Part shown: positions 11,740 through 22,810 of the stretch, one piece after another
How positions within the stretch are numbered: position 1 is the first letter of the stretch
How the letters are laid out: each line of letters opens with the position of its first letter
Assembly (NCBI GenBank): GCA_022605425.2
Contig: CM061249.1
Span: forward strand, 682,001 to 746,000
DNA: 64,000 nt
Reading direction: 5' to 3'
Source of the DNA: Hamiltosporidium tvaerminnensis FI-OER-3-3
Lineage: Eukaryota > Fungi > Microsporidia
Program-made: the position numbers and the translations under genes
Notes under the pieces: model-generated
Told to the model about the DNA's origin: nothing
What the model saw: the letters and a program-made list of their open reading frames with translations, nothing else
Databases searched by the model: none

Positions 11740-13251
11740 TCATGTGTTTTGTGCTAATAACTGATGAAGATTATTTTCTACCAAAATTGCTTTCCACTCT
11801 CTGTATTTTGCAATTTCAATGTTATTTTTAGAATCATCATAAAAAATAATATTGGTTGTTTCTATATCAAGAAAGTATTCAACCAGTCTGTATGATTCTA
11901 TTCGTGGTTTCATAATTATATTTTTTAATTTATAATTGCAAAATACGATTGCATCAAAACATGAAAAAATGCCTAAAGCCTTTATAGTTCGTATGGCATG
12001 ACCGCATGTTCCGTTTGTAAAGCATATTTTGGGATGTTTAATGGCCGTCAACAACGATTTTAGAATCATGTCTATTTTAAGAGAATCACTTACATTTAAG
12101 CTTTCTTCAATCATTGAGTCTAATATATCGTCCGTTAAATTGGGATTTTTCATCATTTCAATAACCATTTCACCATGATTCTTCTCATATTTTTGACTTA
12201 AATCCTGGATTTCTTGTTTAGATAAACCAATCTTTTTACCTAAATTGGCAATTACATCTTTTATACGTTTTTCAATTCCTGTTTCAGAAGAGTATAAAGT
12301 GGAATCGATATCAAAAACATAAATATATTGCTTATTTGTCCAGATATGGTTATTATTGAGTAGAATGATGTTGTTTCCAATAAAGAAACAATTTTCGTAT
12401 AAATTGGATTCTAAAGCTGAGTAAATTGTTGTAGAAAATGTGGTATCAAAAAATGCATTTAAATTTTGGGAAAATAAGTATTGAATTTTTTCAAAATTAC
12501 ACTCTAAAAAGCTTTCTAATCTTATAAAAGAATCGGGGCCTGTATTTGGATTTTCTGTATTCTGGAATTCTAAATACTCTGATAATATCTTTTTTATTTC
12601 AGTATTGTAAAAAAGTTTTTTAAAAAATTCTAATTTTATGTTTCTCACAAATTCCCATTGTTGTATGTATTTGATAAAAAATAAGTCAGAATCAGTTTCT
12701 TCTCCTCTGTTTTGGATGAATCTCAAATTTTCGGTGCTGATTTGGTAAGATTGAGAGCTTGGTGGCGAGAGATTTCTAGTATTTGCTTTAGAAGTTATTT
12801 TGTGTGTTTCATTAAGATATTTTTGAATCGTAGAAGAAAGCCAAATATTTTCTATGTTTTGATTCATCTTATCCTCATTATTTTTCTCCAAAACCTGTAT
12901 TTTCTTTAAAATATCCTGTATTTGAGCAACGAATCCTAAAGATTTTACCAGGTGCTTTGAGCTCGAATTTTCTAATAAAAGTATGAAAGATACGGGTTCA
13001 TCAGATTTGAGTATCATTTCTTCAGAATAATGTTTAGATTCGTTCGTTAAACATCCAGAAACTTCATGATCAAATACTTCAGTTTCTTCAAATCTGCTAT
13101 ATAAGTAAAACATAAAAGTATCAGAAAATTCAAAAGAAATATATGAATTTAGCAAACCAAAATTTATGGTTTCGTCCGAAGTTGATTTACGTAGGTTAAA
13201 AAATAAAATAAACATCTTTAACGAGAGCAAAATCATTTTCTGTATTTTCAT
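11740..13251 (-). CDS. Putative secreted protein with C-terminal HAD pyrimidine 5'-nucleotidase (Sdt1/Phm8-like) domain
   Basis: Hydrophobic N-terminus MILLSLKMFILFFNL. HAD motifs FDIDSTLY, FTNG, MKP and FYDDSKNNI. Confidence 0.8.
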   Translation of the reverse strand: MKIQKMILLSLKMFILFFNLRKSTSDETINFGLLNSYISFEFSDTFMFYLYSRFEETEVFDHEVSGCLTNESKHYSEEMILKSDEPVSFILLLENSSSKHLVKSLGFVAQIQDILKKIQVLEKNNEDKMNQNIENIWLSSTIQKYLNETHKITSKANTRNLSPPSSQSYQISTENLRFIQNRGEETDSDLFFIKYIQQWEFVRNIKLEFFKKLFYNTEIKKILSEYLEFQNTENPNTGPDSFIRLESFLECNFEKIQYLFSQNLNAFFDTTFSTTIYSALESNLYENCFFIGNNIILLNNNHIWTNKQYIYVFDIDSTLYSSETGIEKRIKDVIANLGKKIGLSKQEIQDLSQKYEKNHGEMVIEMMKNPNLTDDILDSMIEESLNVSDSLKIDMILKSLLTAIKHPKICFTNGTCGHAIRTIKALGIFSCFDAIVFCNYKLKNIIMKPRIESYRLVEYFLDIETTNIIFYDDSKNNIEIAKYREWKAILVENNLHQLLAQNT

Positions 13252-14659
13252 CTCGGTAGGAAAAAAAATATTAATTTATAGATAATTAAATAAAAAAGGA
13301 AATTTTTAAATTGTATTTATCATTATTTTGATCTTTGCAATTAAAAATTTAATTTATCATATAAAAATGGATATATTGAAATTAAATTTCTTTTAGAACT
13401 TTTCTTATATTGAAAGGTATTTTATTACTTGTCTGGGTAACAAAATGAACATCGCAAAAGAAATTGTTATTAAATCTTTGAAATAATTGGTTGTTATAAA
13501 ACTTCTTTTTATAAGATATTTAAAATGATAATAAATACTCAGAATAATTTAATTTGAATTTAGAACAATAAAATATGCTTCTATGTAAAATATTTGTACG
13601 CAATATATTCGTTTTAAGTGTTAGCTTAATTTATATAAATTTTTACAAATTTCTTTTCTTTAAATTTTCAATTATTATTGTAATTCAAAAAACATTTGTA
13701 TTTCTAACATAAAATTATATTAAAGAGCTATTTTGCTTTGAGTCGTACTTTTATACTTAGAAAGATTTTTATTAAAATATTTTTCTATAAAATTATTTGG
13801 TTTTTTAAGTTCTCATGAAATGTATAAATATATTTAACAGATTATATTTTACTGTTATATAGTTTTTATTATTCAGAATATTTAGTATATACAGTGATAT
13901 AATAGGTTCATAATCTAGAAGATAAGTGTTTTATTTTTTTAGTCATCATGTTTTATCGTTTGTCAAAGCTTCCTGACTTTGTATATATCTTTAACTAAAA
14001 TATTAATTTACAATATAAATGAAATTTATGAGTTTTATCCTTAAAAAATTTCGATTTGCATCTAGAATGTAAATTTTATGACAAAATGAACTATTATTTT
14101 ATGTTTTTCATAATTAATCCAATATTTTTCAGTGCATGTTGAGCGACTTTTTTTGGTAATAAATTAAAATTTTGCAAGAGATCGAGATTTCAAACGGTTT
14201 TGAGAATTTTTCGGATATGCTTTCAATATTTCTATACAGGTCTGTTGATAATTAATTCAAATTAGAATAATGTAACGAAGCAAATACAAATAATGTAAAT
14301 TTAATGTCTCCAGAACATATAACCACTTTAATTTTTGATTCTATTTTATAAAATTGCTATTAAGAATTGTATTTTTTTCTCTATTGAAATTTCTTAAATG
14401 AAAGGCAAAACTTATGTCGCCTTCAATTTTTTCTTAAAAGACATTGGGAAGAAAAGGACCGTAACGGATAAAATTTTTGTGTTACGTGTTTGTAACAGAA
14501 GCTTTAGGTAAAAAGAACGGAAAGTATAAATCATGTAAAACTTTTCATAACTAAGCCTAATCACTGAGAAACGAATAAAAAGGTTAATTTTAAAAACAAA
14601 GATTAAATCTAAATAAAAAAAACTTATTTAATATGGTATTTATACTTTTTATGGAATAT

Positions 14660-15370
14660 GATAGAACCCCATCGAAAACTATCTATTAGATTATTAATGT
14701 ATAAACTTGGTGTGAAAACATCGGTTGGATTTTTTTAAAATTTTACATACCAAATTTTAAGTTATTCCATAGGAATTTGTATTAGACGAGTGTATTCGAA
14801 AAACATTTAAAATATTTCTACAAAGAGGTTTTTAGTTTTTTATGCAATTCGATTAAAACTAATGCCTGAAATTTCAGGTAATTTCCATGTAAAAGTATGG
14901 AAGTCTAACCTTGGTCTTTCGCGTAGAAGACTTAGCGCCCAGGAGATACAGAAAAAACTATTTTTTACAAAGCTAGAAAACCTAAGTGCGTAGTTGTATA
15001 TGTTGGTATGACTTTTCAAGTAATTTTCCCCCTATATAAATTCACAGCATATATACTGGCCTAGATTGCCCTCGATTTGAAAAGTTTAAAAAAATTGGGA
15101 ATGCTTGCTGACTTGGTGTGGCCCAAGCCGAGTTTTGATATTTAAATACATACCAGGCGATGAATTCGACGAATTCTGAGCAAGTAATTTTCTATAAAAG
15201 GGTTTCTACACAACTTTTATTTGAAGATTTAAGATGTAGGCATTTAAGGATATACTTAGACAGTGTTGGGGGATCAGTTATTTATGTTAAACCTAGAACA
15301 GCGTTAATACCATGACAACAGTTTAACGTATACCCCTTTTTAGAAAGATGCGATATTTATTAAATAAAAA
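14660..15370 (+). repeat. 720-bp interspersed element, copy B
   Basis: ggtaatttccatgtaaaag, agaagacttagcgcc, ttatttatgttaaacctagaacagcgttaat, aaagatgcgata. Confidence 0.85.
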
Positions 15371-15517
15371 TTCCAACCATACTATTTTTTAAATTTGCAA
15401 TGAAAATACAGAAAATATATTCTTTTTTTGTCTTTTAGAGTTAAATTTCTGTCTATTTCTAATCAATTTTGAAATAGAATTCATGTATAATTAATTAATT
15501 GCATAATTATTATAGGG

Positions 15518-15743
15518 TTTTTCGATCAATATAATAATCCTTGCAATCAATATAATAATTTTTCGATCAATATAATAATCCTTGCAATCAATATAATAAT
15601 TTTTCGATCAATATAATAATCCTTGCAATCAATATAATAATTTTTCGATCAATATAATAATCCTTGCAATCAATATAATAATTTTTCGATCAATATAATA
15701 ATCCTTGCAATCAATATAATAATCCTTGCAATCAATATAATAA
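15518..15743. repeat. 41-bp tandem array in left TIR (5 units plus a half unit)
   Basis: Unit tttttcgatcaatataataatccttgcaatcaatataataa. The mirrored array in the right TIR has 4 units plus a half unit. Confidence 0.9.
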
Positions 15744-15842
15744 TTATTTTAAAAAAATAGAAATTTATAAAAAAATTAAAAAAATAGAAATTTATAAAAT
15801 AAAAATTTAAAAAATAATTCATTCATTATAAAATTAACTCCC

Positions 15843-17012
15843 ATGTCAAATTCTTTTTCACGTAAAAATACCAACGAGAACAAATATGATTTTCATGTAG
15901 GTGAAACACCGGAATATATAGAGTGCGAAAATGACAATGTTTTGAAGTGTCTTGTAGAAACATCTGGATCGCATAATGAAAATCTCTCACTATCCACCAT
16001 TCCAACTCTGAGGAAACAAAAGGTTTCTATTAATGATCGGGAACGCATAATTGAAAAGACATTAGAAGGCTATTCTATGTCCGCAATTGCCTCGATGTAT
16101 CGAATAAATTACCAGACGGTTAATAGTATAGTTAGACGATATTTAAAAACTGGCTTGGTATTTGTCGATAAAAGAGGTGGTGATAGGCGCTCAAAGTTAA
16201 GCTTGGAAATAAAAGAGAGCTTACAAGCCTATGTTGATTTGGAATGTACAAAAACCCTGTATGAGTTGGCAGAATGGGTCAAATGTACATTTAATATTGA
16301 TGTGTCAACTAGTACAATTGATCGCGCACTAAGGGAGTTCCATTACACTCTAAAGCGTGTAACATTAGTGCCTGAGCGTAGAAATACACTTTCGACAATT
16401 GAGCTAAGAACCAATTACGCAACTAGTTTTCGTGAGTTGGAGGTTGATAACGATGACAAAAACTTTGTCTTTTTAGATGAAGTTGGGTTTGCAGTAGTCA
16501 CACGCCCCAGTAGAGGTCGTAACATGAGAGGTGAATCTGCATACCTATCTGTAACAGCAGCTCGAAGTAGAAATATTTCAGTAGTCGCAGCAATGAACAA
16601 ATATGGTATGATATACTATAAGATTCATGAGAGGGCCGTAAATGGTGAGGATTTCAAATTATTTATTAAGGAGATTAATGAAAGTTGTCAAAGGCAAGGA
16701 ATTTTGACTCCAATATTTGTAATGGACAATGCGAGAATTCATCACTATCGTGGATTGAATGATGATGAGGAAATTGCTTCGCATCGAATAAAATATCTTC
16801 CACCTTACTCTCCATTTCTTAATCCAATTGAGAATGTATTCTCAGTCTGGAAAAATAAAGTAATTCGAGGTGGTGCTCGTACTGAGCCTCAGTTGAGAAT
16901 ATTAATTTATGAAAAATTTAATGAAATCACGGGAGAACATTGTAGTTCTTTTTACCGTAAAATGTTAGGATATTTGCAAAAGGCTGAGGTAGGGCAAATG
17001 ATTCTTGAGTAA
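15843..17012 (+). CDS. DD34E transposase (Tc1/IS630 family)
   Basis: N-terminal HTH region, then FVFLDEVGF, FVMDNARIH and LPPYSPFLNPIE, with 34 residues between the second D and the E. Confidence 0.95.
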   Translation: MSNSFSRKNTNENKYDFHVGETPEYIECENDNVLKCLVETSGSHNENLSLSTIPTLRKQKVSINDRERIIEKTLEGYSMSAIASMYRINYQTVNSIVRRYLKTGLVFVDKRGGDRRSKLSLEIKESLQAYVDLECTKTLYELAEWVKCTFNIDVSTSTIDRALREFHYTLKRVTLVPERRNTLSTIELRTNYATSFRELEVDNDDKNFVFLDEVGFAVVTRPSRGRNMRGESAYLSVTAARSRNISVVAAMNKYGMIYYKIHERAVNGEDFKLFIKEINESCQRQGILTPIFVMDNARIHHYRGLNDDEEIASHRIKYLPPYSPFLNPIENVFSVWKNKVIRGGARTEPQLRILIYEKFNEITGEHCSSFYRKMLGYLQKAEVGQMILE

Positions 17013-17746
17013 TAATAAATCTCAAGTACTATTTATAATTTTATTTTTTAAATTTTTATTTTATAAATTTCTATTTTTTTAATTTTTTTATAAATTTCTA
17101 TTTTTTTAAAATAATTATTATATTGATTGCAAGGATTATTATATTGATTGCAAGGATTATTATATTGATCGAAAAATTATTATATTGATTGCAAGGATTA
17201 TTATATTGATCGAAAAATTATTATATTGATTGCAAGGATTACTATATTGATCGAAAAATTATTATATTGATTGCAAGGATTATTATATTGATCGAAAAAC
17301 CCTATATTTACAAGTGTATATATGTGAAAATATGAAGCAATTTATATGTTTTCGATCAATCCATCAGTATTTTTTTTATTAAAAAAAATAATTTAGACAG
17401 TCTTGGGCCCAGACTATCAATTCAAAGATAACTTCGTTGAGGATTTTTTTTATTGATTGACGAAAAATCATCGAAAATCGATAGGACAAATTTTCTTTTT
17501 TTCTAAAAAAAAACCTAAATTTTCTAACTCTCTTTTCAAATAAATTGAGTATTTTTTCAAAAAAACCGTATTCACAGATTTTTGTGTTTAAAAATTTAAA
17601 AAAAATATTTTGAGTTATTCATATCACAAGCAAGATTTCCCACACATATACATTCGATTTTTTTTAGAACTACCAAAAGAATTTAATTTTAAATTCAAGC
17701 AAATTTCTGCATATAAATTCGAGATTAGAATTGCTAAATCCATTTG

Positions 17747-18455
17747 ATAAATATCACATTTTTCCAAAAAATGCTATCTTTATTTTAGTTTAAGGGCATT
17801 AACGCTGTTCTAGGTTTAACATAAATAACTGATCCCCCAACACTCTCTAGGTATATCCTTAAATGCCTACATCCTAGAGCTTCAGATAAAAGTTGTGTAT
17901 AAACCATTTTATAGAGAAGCACTTGCTCAGAATTCGTCGAATTCATCGCTTGGTGTGTAATTAGATATCAAAACTCAGTTTGGGTTACACCAAGTCAGCA
18001 AGCATTCACAATTTTTTTAAACTTACAAATCGAAGGCAATCTAGGCTAGTATATACTTCAAGGATTTATATAGGAGGGAAATTACTTGCAAAGTCATACC
18101 AAGATATATAACTACGCACTTAGATTTTCTAGCTTTGTAAAAAGTAGTTTTTTTGTATCTCCTGGGCGCTAAGTTTTCTAACTCGACTAAATAAAACAAA
18201 GTTTCCATGTATATACATGAGTTACGTAAAAAATTAGCTTTGGTTTCCAAACTAATAAGATATAAAACTATAAACTTCCTTTTAGAAAGTGTGTTTCCGT
18301 GTAAAAGCGCTTCTCTTTCATTTACAAGTTATCATAGAATAACCGAAAATGTAGCGTGGTTCTCATCACATAAGAAATGTATCCAATGAATTTGACCCCA
18401 TTCTAGATGATCTTTTCGGGAAACTGGTTTTTTTGATGTGATAGTTCTCTATCTA
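17747..18455 (-). repeat. 720-bp interspersed element, copy C
   Basis: Reverse complement of the element; 17795-18173 is roughly 90% identical to copy B by eye. Confidence 0.85.
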
Positions 18456-18537
18456 TCAGTTGTTAATAAAAATAAATATTTTTAGATATGATTTTTATTA
18501 ATTAAAGATCTGCAAAAATCCTTTTTACGTTTCTTCA

Positions 18538-20812
18538 TGAATAATATAGCAGTTTTAAAAAGTAAAGGAAGTTTTAGTATTATATTGTTGTATAGTTTTC
18601 TCAATATTTTTTTATCAATAAAAAATGTTAAAACCTATAGATTTACCTATACTTTTGAACGAAATGAAAATTCCAGGATTCTATTTTTTTGAAGAACTAC
18701 GGTCTTTCGATAAAGAAAAATAGCCTATTTTTATCTATAAAAAAGACAAAATTATCAAATTTAAAACCCTAGACAATATATTGATGGCGAATAGTACAAT
18801 AAGGGATTCAGTAAGAGGAATAATCATGTGTAGTTATGAATTATCTTATTATTTGAAATTAACTAAAGATATAACTGAATTACCAGCTAAATTTGGAAAT
18901 AGTAAGTTTGGATTTTTGTTAAAAGCTTTTAAATTCTTAAACGCCGTAGAAAATAAAAAATTCAGAAATTTTTTGAAATTTTAATTTTTAAAGAGTTTGC
19001 CTGTCAAAATAAAAATAACTCAAAAGAATGCAATTTTTATTTTGACGAAATCTTTAAATCTGGATTTTTAACAGATTTTGATATAAATATGAAAATGTGT
19101 TTCCTATCCGCCTATTTAAATATTTTCATGTTAAAATGTGTTTTTCAAGATGGAAATATAATTTTATTAGAAAATTCAAAGGATTCCTATGACATCTCAT
19201 TTCTCGACGAGCATATTCCATATAAAAATCTATTGATAAAAAATTTCAAAGTATTTTGCTGCTTAGAAAATATCCTAAATGAACCCTATTTTTTAAATAC
19301 TTTTAAAGTTATCTTAAATGAAATGAACAAAAAATCTTTAATAATAAATGGAAATATAGCCTGTATAATTCCTTATAAAAAATATTATTTTCGCATTCTT
19401 TCTTTGGGACTTTTTAAATCGTTAGTTATTGCAAATTTCGACAGTCCTCCTAGATCATTTTTATATGAACTAGATTCTGTGATTGACAAAAATATCGAAT
19501 TCTTGAGTTTAAGAAAATTAGCTATATAGAGATATACAGTGGAGACGCTTTTAATGAAAGAAAAACACAAAGGATTGGTATTTAATATGGTGCAATCAAC
19601 TGAAAACCATATAGAATCCAGTATCTCAGTTATTCTAACGTAGGGTTAGAATATATTAATTTCGGGTATGTTTTGATAAACAATTCATGGTGGAATGATT
19701 TTTTTAGGTGTGGGGTAGCAAAGAAAATCATCATTGAATTTGATAATCTATACACTGAGAAAAAATCTATGGATGAGTTTATCAAAATCGAATAATACAG
19801 AGGTGTTTTAAATTTGCAAATAAGGTTTTTTGATGTAAAAATTTTAACAGATTTTTGTGATTCATTATCAAATTTTAATGATCTACAAACTTTAAAGCTT
19901 GATAGATACGAAATTGATAAAGATACCTATGGTTATTTACTAAGAATGGTTGAAAGTATGCAACAGTTAGAAAATTTAACACTTATTCAAGTAATTAATG
20001 ATGCAAAGTATTATAATTTTTCACTAAAACATTCTAATATAAAAAGTTTACACTTAGAAAACAATTCTTTAAATAACAAAATTATACTGGAAGATTTTTT
20101 ATGAATATCTCGTTCTTTGAGTAAACTTGTCTTGGTCAAATTGAAATCAGTCAATCATTTTTGAGAGAAATGTTTAAATTGAAAAATTTAGAAATTTTAT
20201 TATTAATTAATTGTGCATTGTAACGTATCTCTAGGTTAGATTTAATTAATATTGAGGTATTAAAACTTAAAGAGTTTAGTTTAAATGGCATAGATAGCTA
20301 TAGTTTTTGGGAAAATTATGATATTTTAAGAAAACTTGATTGTCTAGAAAATTTAACTTTGTCGTATATTCCTATAAAACAGGCTTATTTTTCAAAACTA
20401 AACATCATGTGTAATTTAAGCTTGAAAATACTTTGTTCAGACGATTATTTTTGGAGTTTATTGATTTACAGAGAATTGAGAAACTTGAGTATTGGAAAAT
20501 TTGTACCTTTGCAATTGTAAATTTCAAAGTTGTTATTTCCATTATTTAGGTAATAACTGCAGATTTTTTCAAACATTACAAATTCTAGATCTATCTTTTG
20601 TGAAAATAAATCTAGATGATCTCAAGTATATTATGAAATTTAAAAATATAAGGAAATTGTCATTGATGCTTTCAAATTTTGATTTAATGTCAGTAAAAAA
20701 TTTTTTTGTAGCTTTGCCGTTAAATGAGCTTTCAATTGGTTGTGATTTTCAAAAAAAAGACGTTAAAATGTTTTATGATTTTATTAGGGAAAGGAAAATT
20801 GTGGTGAGATAA
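18538..20812 (+). pseudogene. Disrupted leucine-rich-repeat (secreted LRR family) gene
   Basis: Consecutive same-strand ORF pieces (18781, 19089, 19814, 20492) carry LxxLxL repeats (LQTLKLDRY, LENLTLIQ, LQILDLSFVKI). There is an in-frame TAG at 19527 plus frameshifts. It resembles 56502..58742. Confidence 0.75.
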
Positions 20813-20879
20813 GCTATATTCAGAAGAAAAAATAAAGTTTGTTTTATGAAGATTTATTTTCTCTGGTTTTCTGCTTACT

Positions 20880-21390
20880 TATATAACATTTTCGCCGTGC
20901 TTAAATTATTTCTCGATATTTATCTTTTTTTATTTTGGTGTCAAAGTTTTGATTTCGGTCTCTTTAGCTACAAAAGAAATTTAATGTTTTCTAAGTCTTT
21001 GTTTTTTAAAATTTTCTTCTTTGGTAGGAAAATATAAAACTATATGAGTCATTGGGGATTTTCAGTTCTTTGTATGGTTTTTAAAGCGTCTTTAGTACGT
21101 ATTCCGGCATTTGGTCTCGACACTGTAGTTTCTTTGTCGATCAAAGTAAATATCTAACCGCTTTTTAACTACTATTAATTCAATGTATCTCATCATTCGT
21201 ACTGATACTTATAATTTTTTATTTCATCATTTTTGATTTAGTTAAAATACCATCCGAGACTATCAAATAAGGATTTCTACACTGCTGTCATAATTAAGAC
21301 GAAGTAAATTTATAATGTTTGAAAGAAAATTTATAGTTGATCTTATATTTTGAATTATTTGTAATGATTGAACATAGATTTAGATTTCAT
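20880..21390 (-). mobile_element. Degenerate 3' fragment of the RLE non-LTR retrotransposon
   Basis: Reverse complement has gatggtattttaactaaa (DGI.TK) and tttgatcgacaaaga (FDR.R), colinear with 150-300. Confidence 0.5.
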
Positions 21391-21394
21391 TTAT

Positions 21395-22097
21395 TTATAA
21401 ACATCACATCTTCTCAAAAAACAGTGGTTTTTTAATATTTTTTTCACCAAAGTCACGAAATTATAGGTTTAAAAATAATCCTCTCCCAAGTCAGGATCAG
21501 TACCCTTTAAGATACTTAAATACCAAAGCCTTTCATCTAAAACGCATATAGAACCCAATTAATGGGCGAGTCAGTTGTCTAAATTTCGTTTTTTATCAGT
21601 AATGGATTGTAATGAGTAAACCAACTTCAAGCTTTCTCATGAGTATGCACGTTTCCCACTTATTCTATCCTCTGAACACAAGAAACTGCTAGCAACTATA
21701 TTTCGGAAATTTTAATAATGTCTACCTAGACAGTTTAATGTCATACCAACAAGTGTACCCAGTATCTAGCTTTCCGGGTTTAAATGTTTTTAATTTTGTA
21801 TATTTCATCGTTAATGCTATAACCAGAATTAACAAAGTTGGTTCTTCATGCTTTTACATGAAGGTTACCTATAATTTGAGCGCAATCAGCGATATAGTTA
21901 CATATGCAACTACTAAATCGATCTTTGGAAATAGTTTTACGATTTAAAAAATCTTCTTTTCGGTAACAAACACACCAAGAAACAACCTAGAACGTAGTCT
22001 GGTTTAGTCTACCATAATACAAAAAATGATATTCATACCAATTGCATATACTCATTTCAAGAATGTAATTTTTATTGTAGTTATCATCTCTCCACCA
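21395..22097 (-). repeat. 720-bp interspersed element, copy D
   Basis: aaagcctttcatcta, agaacccaattaat, ttcccactta, acctagacagt, ttatcatctctccac (reverse complements of element motifs). Confidence 0.8.
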
Positions 22098-22485
22098 GAA
22101 AGAGAACAAAATTATAAATATCTAAATATAATAAAAAGGTACATCATATGTTTGTTAGCAAACCAATAAATTTCTTAAAAAATATGTGTGTCACGGTCAG
22201 ATTGATTACTTTGGCTATTTTTGATAATGACGTGAACATCATGGCAGTATTATCAAACTGTGTAGTAGAAATTATCGTATTTTTAAAAAATTTTAACAAA
22301 CCACCGCCTTACTTACTTATCCCAGTCTTCTTGTACCTCTCGGTGTTGAGGACAAGCCATCCCTTAACAAATATAAATTTAAAAAATATGTAATGAGTTT
22401 AATTATTTACATCTTTAATAACAACAGCTCTAAATTTCCGTTAATAAATATTAAATTTATTTGAATTTTGAAATGAATTATTTAA

Positions 22486-22810
22486 AGCTTCTTTGCTTAA
22501 ATAAGGAAATATTTTTAACACAAAGTAAACAAAAGCCTTCTTCGATTAAATTAAATCACAGTGTTTATAGCTTCTTTGCTTAAATAAGGAAATATTTTTA
22601 ACACAAAATAAACAAAAGCCTTCTTCGATTAAATTAAATCACAGTGTTTATAGCTTCTTTGCTTAAATAAGGAAATATTTTTAACACAAAATAAACAAAA
22701 GCCTTCTTCGATTAAATTAAATCACAGTGTTTATAGCTTTATTGCTTGAATAAACAAAAATTTTTAACACAAAGTAAATAAAAAATCTTCTTCGATAAGA
22801 TTAAATCCGT
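22486..22810. repeat. 83-bp tandem repeat (3 units plus the diverged source unit) overlapping the 3' end of the Prp6-like gene
   Basis: gctt at 22487, 22570, 22653 and 22736. The fourth unit contains the gene's last codons and stop. Confidence 0.9.

Larger units (their letters stand above)
15513..17304 (+). mobile_element. Intact Tc1/IS630 (DD34E) DNA transposon with long tandem-repeat TIRs and TA TSD
   Basis: TA|TAGGGTTTTTCGATCAAT...ATTGATCGAAAAACCCTA|TA. TIRs at ~15513-15819 and ~17039-17304 enclose an intact transposase. Confidence 0.95.

Noticed and set aside
22486-22810. CRISPR-like appearance of the 83-, 73- and 36-bp arrays
   Set aside because: Units are contiguous with no unique spacers, there are no cas genes, and the context is eukaryotic.
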